A stretch of 64,000 nt of DNA. Origin: Patescibacteria group bacterium (GTDB lineage: Bacteria > Patescibacteriota > Dojkabacteria > J137). The first letter of the stretch is position 1, and each line of letters starts with the position of its first letter. Where the stretch lies: the NCBI GenBank assembly GCA_963169855.1, contig CAUJCN010000002.1, positions 517,608-581,607 on the forward strand, read 5' to 3'. Under the pieces are notes generated by a model. That model made no database searches. It was not told the DNA's origin and saw only the letters and a list, made by a program, of their open reading frames with translations. Both the position numbers and the translations under genes were made by a program. Positions 18,201 to 27,477 of this stretch are shown here, in pieces.

Positions 18201-19556
18201 ATGAGTAATGAATCAGCATTAAAAGAACAAATTTTAAAATTAAAAAGGGAAAAAAGATATCTAGAAGATCAGTTATCGTTAATAACATCGTCCAACGTTT
18301 TTGAATTTTCTTTACTATTTAAAACCTCACTGAAGAAACCTTGGTTACTACCATTACTTCCTTTTAGAATAGTATGGTTTATTTTGCAGATGTTAAGGAG
18401 ATACTTTATTGTCTTTGTATTGGCTCCTTTGAGAAGAATCTGGTATAAGAAGTATCCACCAAAGAAAGTTGCATTTCTTTGCTATTCGGGACAAACGGGG
18501 GGAGGAGAAAGAGTTGCTCTTGGACATTTGAAGAAAGCTTCCCAGCATTACAGAACTGATGCATTTTACATAACTAAACCAGGTCCAATTTCTAAAGATG
18601 CTGCAAACTACGCTGGCAAAGTTGTATTCAACAGAAGACCTGAGTATCAGTTGGCTGCCTATAGAGCACTTTACATTACTCTTTGTATGCCAGATATTGC
18701 ATTAATTAAGAAACTCAACCCTGATATTAAGATTGCTGTTGTTATTCACGATCACCTCTCAGGTTGGATTGATTATTTCCAGGGTTATTCACACACACCA
18801 CTTATCGATAAATTTATCTGCATTAGCAAGCTAGTTCGAGATAAATTACTGGATGCAGTGCCCGATCTCGATCCAAATAAAGTTGAAGTTCTTTACAATC
18901 CTTACTTCTTTGGAAACGATGATTTGCAAAATGTAAAGCAGGATGATAATAAGGAAATGGTTTTCGGATATGTTGGAAGAATAAGTCCTGAGAAAAATCC
19001 AGTTTCTCTTGTCAGAGTTTTCAAAAAGTTCACCAAAGATCATCCTGAAGTAAAACTTCAAATTGTTGGAGGAATCGATGAAAGTCTGGGACATCTAAGA
19101 AAGTATAGAGATTTAATGATTGCGGAAATCGGTGATAACAAAAATATTAGTTATCTGGGATATTCAAACGATACTAGCGGATTTATCAAAAAGCTTTACG
19201 GTATGGTTTTTTCATCATTTATAGAAGGAATCTCTGTAGCTGCAACAGAAGCTTTGAGTTACGGAGTACCCGTTCTAACCTCAAATGTTGGTGCTATGGG
19301 TGAAATTGTAAACGAAGGTTTCAATGGATACCATTATGACATCGATGAAATTTCTGTGAATCCATTCGACATTCGAGAGAACTACCAATTCTTTACAGAA
19401 GCTGATGAAAAAAGATTTATCGAAGCATTAGAGAAATTCGTAAAGACAAAATGGGACAGCAAAGCTATTGCAAAAGACGCAATGGATAAATTTTCAGAAA
19501 ATGTAGCTTACGAGAATTTCTATAAAATATTTAATGGGATGTTAACAACTAACTAA
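18201..19556 (+). CDS. Glycosyltransferase family 4-like with N-terminal coiled-coil and membrane segment
   Basis: EGISVAATEALSYGVPVLTSNVGAMGEIV (E-x7-E); N-terminal LKEQILKLKREKRYLEDQL, then a hydrophobic segment. Confidence 0.6.
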   Translation: MSNESALKEQILKLKREKRYLEDQLSLITSSNVFEFSLLFKTSLKKPWLLPLLPFRIVWFILQMLRRYFIVFVLAPLRRIWYKKYPPKKVAFLCYSGQTGGGERVALGHLKKASQHYRTDAFYITKPGPISKDAANYAGKVVFNRRPEYQLAAYRALYITLCMPDIALIKKLNPDIKIAVVIHDHLSGWIDYFQGYSHTPLIDKFICISKLVRDKLLDAVPDLDPNKVEVLYNPYFFGNDDLQNVKQDDNKEMVFGYVGRISPEKNPVSLVRVFKKFTKDHPEVKLQIVGGIDESLGHLRKYRDLMIAEIGDNKNISYLGYSNDTSGFIKKLYGMVFSSFIEGISVAATEALSYGVPVLTSNVGAMGEIVNEGFNGYHYDIDEISVNPFDIRENYQFFTEADEKRFIEALEKFVKTKWDSKAIAKDAMDKFSENVAYENFYKIFNGMLTTN

Positions 19557-20551
19557 TGTTCGGAATGTTTTCAGAACCAAAACAATATACAGTTCTTCAT
19601 ACAGTAAATGATACCGATAGTAAAGTTCTTGGCGTTACAATTGATCACTGGTTTGGGGTGAAAAGAGCTACATACACAAATTTCTCTAATGTCCTTGAGT
19701 TAGAAAATGTTTCTAGGGGAGATTATATTGAACAAATTCTTCCAGTTTTAGAAAACTATACAACGATTGTATTCAATGGAATGACTGAACTATTTTCAGC
19801 GATTATTGATAAATTACAAGGAAAAAGGATTTTCGTAATGTACCATGGATCTCCAACTTTACATTCTGACAATGAATACGAGAACTTCATGTTTAAATTG
19901 ATTCTACAGAAATCTGTTGAAAACAAAATCGAAGGAATCATTTTTGTGAAGGAAGGATTAGAGAAAATCTTTGCCAGGCTTGGCCACAAAGCATTTCATC
20001 TACCGAACAAAATAGGTGAACTACTTGATAAAGAAGTTTCAACGCCTTCCATATTTAAAGTAGGAGCTTTATCTCAGCATTTACTGTGGAATAAAAATCT
20101 TTATAATCAAATTCTAGCTGGCTTGTCTGTTAAGGATACGGAAGTTTTCGTTAATGTCGATAAAATTAAACTTGGGTATTTGGCCGAAGAGCCTAGAATC
20201 AAAAGTGTAGGTGTGATTGCTGATCCAAAGGAGTTTCAGAACTTTTTAGCAACTCTTGATATAAACCTTAACGTTACTTTAACTGAGGCTTACCCAATGA
20301 ATATTATCGAATCCCTCCAGGTTGGGATCCCTTGCCTAACAAGTAGAACTAATCATATTTACGATAGAAATACTGTTCTTTCAAACTATTTGATTGTTGA
20401 TGAGTTTGATAATCCGCAGGCGATCACTGCAAAACTTCACGATATTATGAACAACTACGACGAGATTGTGACCGAAATTTTGAAGTTTAGAACCACCTTA
20501 AAGGCAGAAAATCAGCAGAAGTGGGATGAATTCCTAGCAACTCTAAATTAG
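19556..20551 (+). CDS. Hypothetical protein, weak GT-B-like C-terminus
   Basis: MNIIESLQVGIPCLTSRTNHIY; no firm motif. Confidence 0.3.
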   Translation: MFGMFSEPKQYTVLHTVNDTDSKVLGVTIDHWFGVKRATYTNFSNVLELENVSRGDYIEQILPVLENYTTIVFNGMTELFSAIIDKLQGKRIFVMYHGSPTLHSDNEYENFMFKLILQKSVENKIEGIIFVKEGLEKIFARLGHKAFHLPNKIGELLDKEVSTPSIFKVGALSQHLLWNKNLYNQILAGLSVKDTEVFVNVDKIKLGYLAEEPRIKSVGVIADPKEFQNFLATLDINLNVTLTEAYPMNIIESLQVGIPCLTSRTNHIYDRNTVLSNYLIVDEFDNPQAITAKLHDIMNNYDEIVTEILKFRTTLKAENQQKWDEFLATLN

Positions 20552-21771
20552 GCTTTTAAAACCGAACTGTATAAATCCTCGTAAGCTTTTCTAAAATCAT
20601 CAGTAGATGGAAGTTTTACATTGTTCAATTTAGCAACCTCGTGATTAAACAATTCTCTGTTTTTATTGAAGAGCTGAAGCAGCTTCCAAGATTCTTTTAC
20701 GAAGTTTTCCTCACTATAAACTGCTCCAGCATTATAAGTTTTTAATCTATATCCCAACGCTCCGTTATCAGTAACTATTGGAAAACATTTGTTAGTTATA
20801 GCTTCGGATAACGCTAAATTGTAAGTTTCTGTAACCTGGCTTGGAATAACTACAACATCAACGTTTTGTAGAAGCTCTGGGAGATCATTAGTATTGTACT
20901 CACCAATCAAATTAACGACCTTTGGAATTGCCTGCTTGTTAAATCCATCCATAACTTTTCCTACAATAGACCATTCAAATTCGTTTGAGCTATCGTTTTT
21001 AACTAGATTTATGAAAAGCTGAGAACCTTTATGCTCAGCAAATAAACCTAAGTATACGATTCTGATTTTTTCGGAATTTGATTTTTGATTTAGTTCATTC
21101 GGAACAACATTCTCAACTGTGTGAATAGGAACTTCTTTTAGAAAAGTAGTTTTGATAACTTTTGTCACAAAAGATGAAACTGAAATAAATCCTTTGATGT
21201 TTGGTACTAACTCTTCGAGATACTTTTTTCTTCGTTGATAATATTGCTGATCAACAAATTTAGAGTTATTTAGGAATTCGGAAACATTAAATTCTTTAAA
21301 ATTGAACTTTTCTGGGGTAGGGTAGAAAATTCCAAAATCGTGCAAGTGGACAAAAAGTGGATAAGTTTGACCTAATCTCAAAACGCTTATTGGGTAGCCG
21401 TTGATATTCTGAATATCAATAACAGCTGGTTTAATCTTCGCAACAATTTTGTTCAGATGTACTTCGAGCGCAGAGTTATTAAGTTTGAAGAAATCCTTTT
21501 TGACAAAGTTTTTGATTGTGAAGATGTCTTCATTAAAGTAGATTTTGGTTTCACCTTCCAGGATCACAACCACAACATGATCGAATTCGTTTACCTGCTC
21601 AATAATCGTTCTCGTTACCTTTTCTGTTCCCGCAGTGCCTCTTTCAAGTGGAGAGTGTAGTAGATGAAGAACAATAGGCTTAGTAGTTGCTAATTTTATT
21701 GAGAAAAAGTTGAATCTCTCTTTTAGAGCCGAAAGCCAATAGCTAAATTTAGAGTTAAGTTTCTCTATCAT
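20548..21771 (-). CDS. Putative glycosyltransferase (GT-B, GT4-like)
   Basis: VVVIPSQVTETYNLALSEAITNKCFPIVTDNGALGY (E-x7-E). Tail-to-tail 4-bp overlap with 19556..20551. Confidence 0.5.
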   Translation of the reverse strand: MIEKLNSKFSYWLSALKERFNFFSIKLATTKPIVLHLLHSPLERGTAGTEKVTRTIIEQVNEFDHVVVVILEGETKIYFNEDIFTIKNFVKKDFFKLNNSALEVHLNKIVAKIKPAVIDIQNINGYPISVLRLGQTYPLFVHLHDFGIFYPTPEKFNFKEFNVSEFLNNSKFVDQQYYQRRKKYLEELVPNIKGFISVSSFVTKVIKTTFLKEVPIHTVENVVPNELNQKSNSEKIRIVYLGLFAEHKGSQLFINLVKNDSSNEFEWSIVGKVMDGFNKQAIPKVVNLIGEYNTNDLPELLQNVDVVVIPSQVTETYNLALSEAITNKCFPIVTDNGALGYRLKTYNAGAVYSEENFVKESWKLLQLFNKNRELFNHEVAKLNNVKLPSTDDFRKAYEDLYSSVLKA

Positions 21772-21825
21772 TAAGAAATTTTAACCGAAGATTAAACGAT
21801 TGACCAATTTAATCTTTTTATTGGC

Positions 21826-22566
21826 TTATTTTGCGAATAGATTGAATCTGATAATTTCCTTCAGAGCTTTGTACCCATCCTTGAAAGCACTCATTTTCTT
21901 ACCTTCTTCAATACTTCTTGGGAAATAACTAATAGGGACAATTCCAAATTTAAGTCTTTTTCCATCTTTTTTGAATCTGGAAAGTCTTGCTGTAATTTCT
22001 GGCTCAACTCCAAAATTACTTTTCGAGATGATTTTTGTTGCAACTTCTCTTGCGATATCACCTCTTAAAAGCTTGTAACAAACTTCCATGTCTGGAATCC
22101 AGACTCGAAGTCTTGGGTAAGTGAAAATGTTTGAGATGAAAGATAATCCTTTATTTCCGATGTAATTCTTCCAATAAATAACTTTATTCTTCTTGCCAAA
22201 TCTGTTTCCATAAACCACATCTAAGTCTTTTTCCATCATTAAATTCACTAGATCTACAATCTCGTTTGGTTCGTATTCAAAGTCAGCATCTTGAATCACT
22301 ACTAAATCTCCAGTAGATTTTAAGATTCCATTTCTTACAGTCTGAGATTTTCCTGAGTTCTTTTCGTTATCGTAAGCAAAAATCAGACCTTTGTTTTCTT
22401 CTTCCAATTTATGAGCAATTTCCGAAGTAGAGTCTTTAGAACCATCGTTCACAATAATGATTTCTCTTTCTAAATTATGAGGAAACTTAACGTCGATAAC
22501 TTTCTGAACAAGTTCTCTTAAAGTTTTAGATTCGTTATAGGCTGGGATTACTAGTGATAATTTCAT
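21826..22566 (-). CDS. GT2 polyprenyl-phosphate sugar synthase-like (DPM1/GtrB/ArnC-like)
   Basis: MKLSLVIPAYNESKTLRELV...IIVNDGSKDST and QDADFEYEPNE; 246 aa, the size of the soluble catalytic core. Confidence 0.65.
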   Translation of the reverse strand: MKLSLVIPAYNESKTLRELVQKVIDVKFPHNLEREIIIVNDGSKDSTSEIAHKLEEENKGLIFAYDNEKNSGKSQTVRNGILKSTGDLVVIQDADFEYEPNEIVDLVNLMMEKDLDVVYGNRFGKKNKVIYWKNYIGNKGLSFISNIFTYPRLRVWIPDMEVCYKLLRGDIAREVATKIISKSNFGVEPEITARLSRFKKDGKRLKFGIVPISYFPRSIEEGKKMSAFKDGYKALKEIIRFNLFAK

Positions 22567-22633
22567 AATTATGTTTTTTATAAGTCTATATAGGATACTA
22601 GATGAAATCTAAATTCTCAATAGAACTGGCCGA

Positions 22634-23611
22634 TTACATCGCTGTTAGCTTCTTCCAAAGTTCTCTCGCAGGGATGGAGTCTATATACTGTTTAAATTCG
22701 GGATTTACTTCGGTCATTCCTTTCAATCTGAAAAACGTTTTGACTTCGTACGAAATATGTTGAAGATAAAGCATTTCCTCTGGAGTTTTATCTTTTAGTT
22801 CCTTCTGTAATCTGTCTTCCCATTTAGAAACTACATAGAACATGTTCAATGTTTTAATTCTTTCTTTTAATTCAGTTTTTTCATTTTTGAATTTATTTGC
22901 TGAGACATTCAGAAAGTGTAGAACAAATGCATCATTAGTAGCTCCAATATCCCCGTACTGTCTTAAGAAATAGCTTGTATCAAAGTCATCTCCATAACCA
23001 TGAATGATATTAGGATCGAAGAAATAACCTCTTTCAATAAACGGTTCAATTCTTGCTAAATTACACGCACCTGAGCAAAATTCATAAAATTTATCCGAAA
23101 CATGAAAACCAGTTTCTTTAGATCTTGGTGCATAATTTTGGAGTAGAGACTTGTAAATTCGATTTCCAATATCTTCACCCAATTGATATGCTAGCTTTTT
23201 CGAATACTTAATCACTTTGTTTTCTTCGTAGTAGTGATTAAAGTCTGGAGCAACTTGAACAACATTTGGATTTTCGTCTAGAACTTTATTCAGGACATCT
23301 AACCAGTCTCCAGTCACAATTGTGTCTGAATTTAGAAAACATACTCTGTAATAATGTTTAGCTTTTTCATAGGCCGAATTCACGCCATCAACAAAACCTA
23401 GATTTTGGTCGTTTGAGATTACAGTAAGTTCGTCTGGGTAAATTTGTAAAAGCTGATCAGTTACTTTTAAAGATTCTCGATCTGGTTTATTGTGAACAAC
23501 AAATACGTGAAAATCTTGAGCTGTGTTAAAAACACTTTCAAGGCACTCGTTCAAATGCCAAGGAGTTTGGTAATTTACTATTATTATTGCTGTTTTTTTC
23601 GTGAAGTCCAT
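22634..23611 (-). CDS. Glycosyltransferase family 2-like
   Basis: IIVNYQTPWHLNECLESV at the N-terminus. Confidence 0.5.
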   Translation of the reverse strand: MDFTKKTAIIIVNYQTPWHLNECLESVFNTAQDFHVFVVHNKPDRESLKVTDQLLQIYPDELTVISNDQNLGFVDGVNSAYEKAKHYYRVCFLNSDTIVTGDWLDVLNKVLDENPNVVQVAPDFNHYYEENKVIKYSKKLAYQLGEDIGNRIYKSLLQNYAPRSKETGFHVSDKFYEFCSGACNLARIEPFIERGYFFDPNIIHGYGDDFDTSYFLRQYGDIGATNDAFVLHFLNVSANKFKNEKTELKERIKTLNMFYVVSKWEDRLQKELKDKTPEEMLYLQHISYEVKTFFRLKGMTEVNPEFKQYIDSIPARELWKKLTAM

Positions 23612-24441
23612 AAGAATTGTAAGAAAGTCTTAATCATTGCTAATTTACTTTTAAATTTATAGTGCTTTAGTGCAATATCTAGCCAAGTCTTCATTTTCTC
23701 CTTTTCTCTTTTATATGATGAATTCTGGTTCACAGATGCCATGTACTTGTGAAGAATATACGTTTTAGGATCATAAAGTACTTGCCAGCCTTCTTTTCTG
23801 GCCCGAATGAACAGTTCAACTTCATCCATGTAGAGTTTGATTTTCTCCCAGTAAAACCCTATTTCTTTTAACATCTCGGCTTTGTACATAATACAAGCTC
23901 CGGTCACCCCAAAAACGATTTCGCTATCGTCGTATTGACCTTCATCTTTTTCTTTAAATCCTCGATCATACGCCTGCATGAACCCATCATAAAGCAGACC
24001 GGATGAATTAATTAGTCCATCATCGATTCCATTTTTGAAAATTACTTTTGGCCCAACAGCTCCAATAGTTTGATTTTTATCCAACGCCGAAGCTAATTCT
24101 TCTAAAAGGTTTGGAGCAGAGATTGTGTCTGGGTTTAAAACCATTACTTTATCGGCTTTTTGTTCGTTAACAAAATAGTCTAACCCTTTATTATTTCCAC
24201 CAGTTAGAAATACATTATTCTGTGATTCGATAAGAATTAATCTATCTATATATTTTAACTTAATGATTTCTGTGGTTTTATCTTTAGAATCGTTATCGAA
24301 AACCATCACCTGATAAGCTCTTTCGGTTTCTTGACTAAGAATTGTATCCAAGCATTCTTCAATATCTTTTTCGTTATTCCAAGTAACAATAATTACTCCG
24401 ATTTCTATTTTAGGCTTTGAATTTTGGTTATCCATTTTCAA
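23584..24441 (-). CDS. Glycosyltransferase family 2 (rhamnosyltransferase-like)
   Basis: IGVIIVTWNNEKDIEECLDTILSQ and MVFDNDSKDKT. Confidence 0.55.
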   Translation of the reverse strand: MKMDNQNSKPKIEIGVIIVTWNNEKDIEECLDTILSQETERAYQVMVFDNDSKDKTTEIIKLKYIDRLILIESQNNVFLTGGNNKGLDYFVNEQKADKVMVLNPDTISAPNLLEELASALDKNQTIGAVGPKVIFKNGIDDGLINSSGLLYDGFMQAYDRGFKEKDEGQYDDSEIVFGVTGACIMYKAEMLKEIGFYWEKIKLYMDEVELFIRARKEGWQVLYDPKTYILHKYMASVNQNSSYKREKEKMKTWLDIALKHYKFKSKLAMIKTFLQFLWTSRKKQQ

Positions 24442-24615
24442 TATTATAGTTTATAAATCATCTTTGGGCTATGGGTAGTTAACCACGAGTAGGGGACTTT
24501 AGTAAATGACCTGTTAGATATAGTGTTTTCATCTTTTAGTCTTTTCGTCTTTATATCTTTTCATCTTTTCCCTTCATCCTTGCACTTTAAACCTTACACC
24601 TATAGAATATTCATT

Positions 24616-25383
24616 ATGCCATTTAAATTTGAAATATTCCCTGTAGTAAAAGCGCAGGATCTTGATAGCGCAGCTCAGCCAACTTTTGGTTCTATTGACA
24701 TAGGCTCTGCACCAGGATCTCAATCCAGCATTCTTATAAGATCGAATACCACAAATCCAATAGTGGGAAATAGATTCAAAGCAACAGCTGCTGTTAAAAC
24801 CAATACAGTTCTAGTTAATGAAGTTACTGTTGTTGTCGAGTTCGACCCCGCAAGATTAAGTGTTATCGATCAAGATACTGCAAACGCAGGGATTCAAGTT
24901 AAGCTTTTATCTGATCTTTTTGAAATTGAAACAATTTCTGAAGATAATCTAGCTCAATCAGGACAAGTAAAGGTCGTAGCCGTTGCTAAAAACGACACCC
25001 CAGTTGCATTAAATGGTGATTTTATTGAAATCGAATTCCAAGCACAATCAGTAGGGAGCACTCTGATTAGAATTGGGACAGGGGTTACAGGAAGTTCACT
25101 GACCCGACAAAATGGGACAAAGCTGACTTATCAGTCTAATTCCGTGACCTTGCTGACAAATTCCTCCACAACAACGACTACAGCAACCACAACTACAGGA
25201 ACACCGTCAACTACAACGACCACTACATCTACCACAGGTACAACTGGAGGGACTGGAGGCACAATTCCTAATACAGCTATAGATAATCCTGCTGGCATAA
25301 TTGCTGTATTTACCGGCTTTTTGATGGTAATTACTGGAATTAAGCTATATTTTAGTACAAGAGCAGATAGGGCGAAAAACTAA
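24616..25383 (+). CDS. Cell-surface protein with Thr-rich linker and C-terminal transmembrane anchor
   Basis: Beta-rich domain, linker NSSTTTTTATTTTGTPSTTTTTTSTTGTTGGTGGT, then TM segment GIIAVFTGFLMVITGIKLYF and a basic tail. Start ambiguous: the ORF-track 24523 is GTG and gives a low-complexity N-terminus; ATG at 24616 is preferred. Confidence 0.5.
   Translation: MPFKFEIFPVVKAQDLDSAAQPTFGSIDIGSAPGSQSSILIRSNTTNPIVGNRFKATAAVKTNTVLVNEVTVVVEFDPARLSVIDQDTANAGIQVKLLSDLFEIETISEDNLAQSGQVKVVAVAKNDTPVALNGDFIEIEFQAQSVGSTLIRIGTGVTGSSLTRQNGTKLTYQSNSVTLLTNSSTTTTTATTTTGTPSTTTTTTSTTGTTGGTGGTIPNTAIDNPAGIIAVFTGFLMVITGIKLYFSTRADRAKN
25159..25263 (+). repeat. Low-complexity ACN-codon repeat encoding the Thr-rich linker
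   Basis: Runs of ACA/ACT/ACG/ACC codons (acaacaacgactacagcaaccacaactaca...). Confidence 0.5.
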
Positions 25384-25424
25384 TTGGACAGGACTAATCA
25401 CTTCTTGGTATAATTCATCACCTT

Positions 25425-25706
25425 ATGACTAACACTAAAAGCGTTATTACAAAGCAAGATCAGTTTGTAACCCTAGAGGGCATTGTTTCTGAGGTATATC
25501 CAGAAATGAAATATCTTGTAGAAGTAGATTTTAAGGGGATCAAGCACAAAGTTAAGTGCTATGTATCTGGAAAGATGAGGACTAAGTTTATCATCATTAA
25601 AAAAGGCGACAAAGTAAGAGTTCAGATCAGCCTATACGATATCAATAGTGGTATAATTACATATCGATTGAATCAAAAGGGCGAAGAAATTCCACTAGTT
25701 GCATAA
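25425..25706 (+). CDS. infA: Translation initiation factor IF-1
   Basis: S1-like OB fold; VSGKMRTKFIIIKKGDKVRVQISLYDINSGIITYR aligns with the IF-1 ISGKMRKNYIRILTGDKV...YDLSKGRI..R pattern. Confidence 0.75.
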   Translation: MTNTKSVITKQDQFVTLEGIVSEVYPEMKYLVEVDFKGIKHKVKCYVSGKMRTKFIIIKKGDKVRVQISLYDINSGIITYRLNQKGEEIPLVA

Positions 25707-25731
25707 AAAAACAGTAAATTACCAAATTATA

Positions 25732-25760
25732 TTTACAAAATAAGGGAAATTTGCTATAAA
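25732..25760 (+). promoter_or_regulatory. Candidate sigma70-type promoter (TTTACA-N17-TATAAA) upstream of rpmJ
   Basis: -35 TTTACA at 25732-25737, -10 TATAAA at 25755-25760, 17-nt spacer, 66 nt upstream of the rpmJ ATG. The AT-rich genome makes chance matches likely. Confidence 0.3.
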
Positions 25761-25825
25761 TGCAGGTGTTATATTTTTGGCATAAAAGCTAAAGGTATCT
25801 ATAACAAATTATTTAAGATTGTTTT

Positions 25826-25978
25826 ATGAAAGTAAAAGCGAGTGTACAAAAGAGATGTAGAGATTGCTACATTGTCAGAAGAAATAGAAAAGTTGTTTAC
25901 AACGGCAAGATCAAGATCAAGCCTACGTATTACGTTTACTGCAAAACAAATCCTAAACATAAGCAGAGACAAGGTTAA
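25826..25978 (+). CDS. rpmJ: Ribosomal protein L36 (50 aa) with an internal insertion; absent from the ORF track
   Basis: Manual translation: [50 protein letters not shown]. Matches L36 [23 protein letters not shown]...[12 protein letters not shown] apart from about 12 extra residues. Canonical position between infA and rpsM. Confidence 0.7.
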   Translation: MKVKASVQKRCRDCYIVRRNRKVVYNGKIKIKPTYYVYCKTNPKHKQRQG

Positions 25979-25997
25979 TTTTATTAAATATATATAA

Positions 25998-26381
25998 ATG
26001 GCAAGAATTGTCGGAGTAGAAATTCCAAATAATAAAAGAGTAGACGTAGGACTAACTTACATTTACGGAATTGGAATCAAAACATCAAAAGATATCCTAA
26101 AAAATACAAATATTGACGAAACAACAAGAGTTAAAGATTTGAACGAAGATCAGATTAAGAAATTGTACTCATATATTGAAAAGAACGTTCCCACAGAAGG
26201 ACAAGTAAAGCAGAAAGTTTTCCAAGCAGTTAAAAGATTAAAAGACATTAGAGCATTTAGAGGTCAAAGACATAAGTTAGGATTACCTACAAGAGGTCAG
26301 AACACAAGAAGCAATACAAGAACAAGAAAAGGAAAGGCAAAGCCAGTAGGCGGTTTAACAATTAAAGTAGCTAAGAAATAA
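25998..26381 (+). CDS. rpsM: Ribosomal protein S13
   Basis: MARIVGVEIPNNKRVDVGLTYIYGIG. Confidence 0.9.
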   Translation: MARIVGVEIPNNKRVDVGLTYIYGIGIKTSKDILKNTNIDETTRVKDLNEDQIKKLYSYIEKNVPTEGQVKQKVFQAVKRLKDIRAFRGQRHKLGLPTRGQNTRSNTRTRKGKAKPVGGLTIKVAKK

Positions 26382-26382
26382 T

Positions 26383-26808
26383 ATGGCAACAGCAGAAAAA
26401 AAAGCAGCAAATGCTAAAGGAAACGATAAAGCAGCTGTAAAGAAGAAAAAAGCAAAAGTAACATCGCCAAAGGTTTTGGTGAAAGTGAATTCAACTTACA
26501 ACAATACCATTGTAACAATTACAGACTACAACGGAGATGTAATCTCTAGTGCTAGCTGCGGTTCATTAGGATTCAAAGGAAGCAAGAAAAGCACACCTTA
26601 TGCTGCTACAAAAGCAGGAGAAGATGCAGCTTTGAAAGCTGTTCAAATGGGTGCAAAAGAATCTGAAGTTGTTATTAACGGAGTAGGAGTTGGAAGACAG
26701 GCAGCAGTAAAAGGTGTTAGAGCTGCAGGATTAAGAATCACTGCTTTAATTGATAAAACACCTGTTCCTCACGGAGGATGCAAGCCAAGAAAGAAACCTA
26801 AGAAATAA
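26383..26808 (+). CDS. rpsK: Ribosomal protein S11
   Basis: NSTYNNTIVTITDYNGDVISSASCGSLGFKGSKKSTPYAA; short Lys/Ala-rich N-terminal extension. Confidence 0.9.
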   Translation: MATAEKKAANAKGNDKAAVKKKKAKVTSPKVLVKVNSTYNNTIVTITDYNGDVISSASCGSLGFKGSKKSTPYAATKAGEDAALKAVQMGAKESEVVINGVGVGRQAAVKGVRAAGLRITALIDKTPVPHGGCKPRKKPKK

Positions 26809-26855
26809 GCTGAGCTTGTTTCTTTAGATAAGAAATAATAGTAAATAAATAAAAT

Positions 26856-27455
26856 ATGTCTAGATATACAGGACCAAAATGGAGAATCAATAGAAGAGAA
26901 GGAGCTACAGTATTAAGTAGTTCTGAGAAGTGGAGAAGAAGACCAACAAATCCAGGTCAATTCCCAACATTGAAGAAAAAGCCCTCTGACTATGCAGTTC
27001 AGTTTAGAGAAAAACAAAAAGTAAAGAGAACATACGGAATGAACGAAACACAATTCGTTAGATTCTACAAATTAGCTCTAAAGAGCGAGGGTAACACATC
27101 TTTGAAATTGTTACAGATGCTTGAATTAAGAGCAGACAATGTTCTTTACAAACTAGGATTCGCTTTGACAAGAGCACAGGCAAGACAAATGATTACACAC
27201 GGAAATGTATTACTAAACGGAAAGAAACATAATATTCCATCTACAATTTTAAAAGCTGGAGATGAAATTACATTGAAGGATAAAATTGCAGATAGTTTAC
27301 ATGTAAAAGAAATTACAGAAAAGAATAAAGTTAATAAAGTTCCAACATGGCTAACCCTTCTTGAAAAGGGAGGAAAAGTAGTAGCGGAACCAGTTCGAGA
27401 TGATATCGATAAACTAATCAAGGAAAGATTAATCATCGAGCTTTACTCTAGATAA
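26856..27455 (+). CDS. rpsD: Ribosomal protein S4
   Basis: MSRYTGPKWRINRREG at the N-terminus; S4 domain QARQMITHGNVLLNGKK. Confidence 0.9.
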   Translation: MSRYTGPKWRINRREGATVLSSSEKWRRRPTNPGQFPTLKKKPSDYAVQFREKQKVKRTYGMNETQFVRFYKLALKSEGNTSLKLLQMLELRADNVLYKLGFALTRAQARQMITHGNVLLNGKKHNIPSTILKAGDEITLKDKIADSLHVKEITEKNKVNKVPTWLTLLEKGGKVVAEPVRDDIDKLIKERLIIELYSR

Positions 27456-27477
27456 AATAACTCTTAACAAGAATAAT

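Noticed and set aside
24523-24615. GTG start giving a Phe/Ser-rich N-terminus to the surface protein
   Set aside because: The segment is polypyrimidine DNA with tcttttc repeats and the start is GTG; ATG at 24616 is preferred. Not fully excluded, because the shorter protein lacks an obvious signal peptide.
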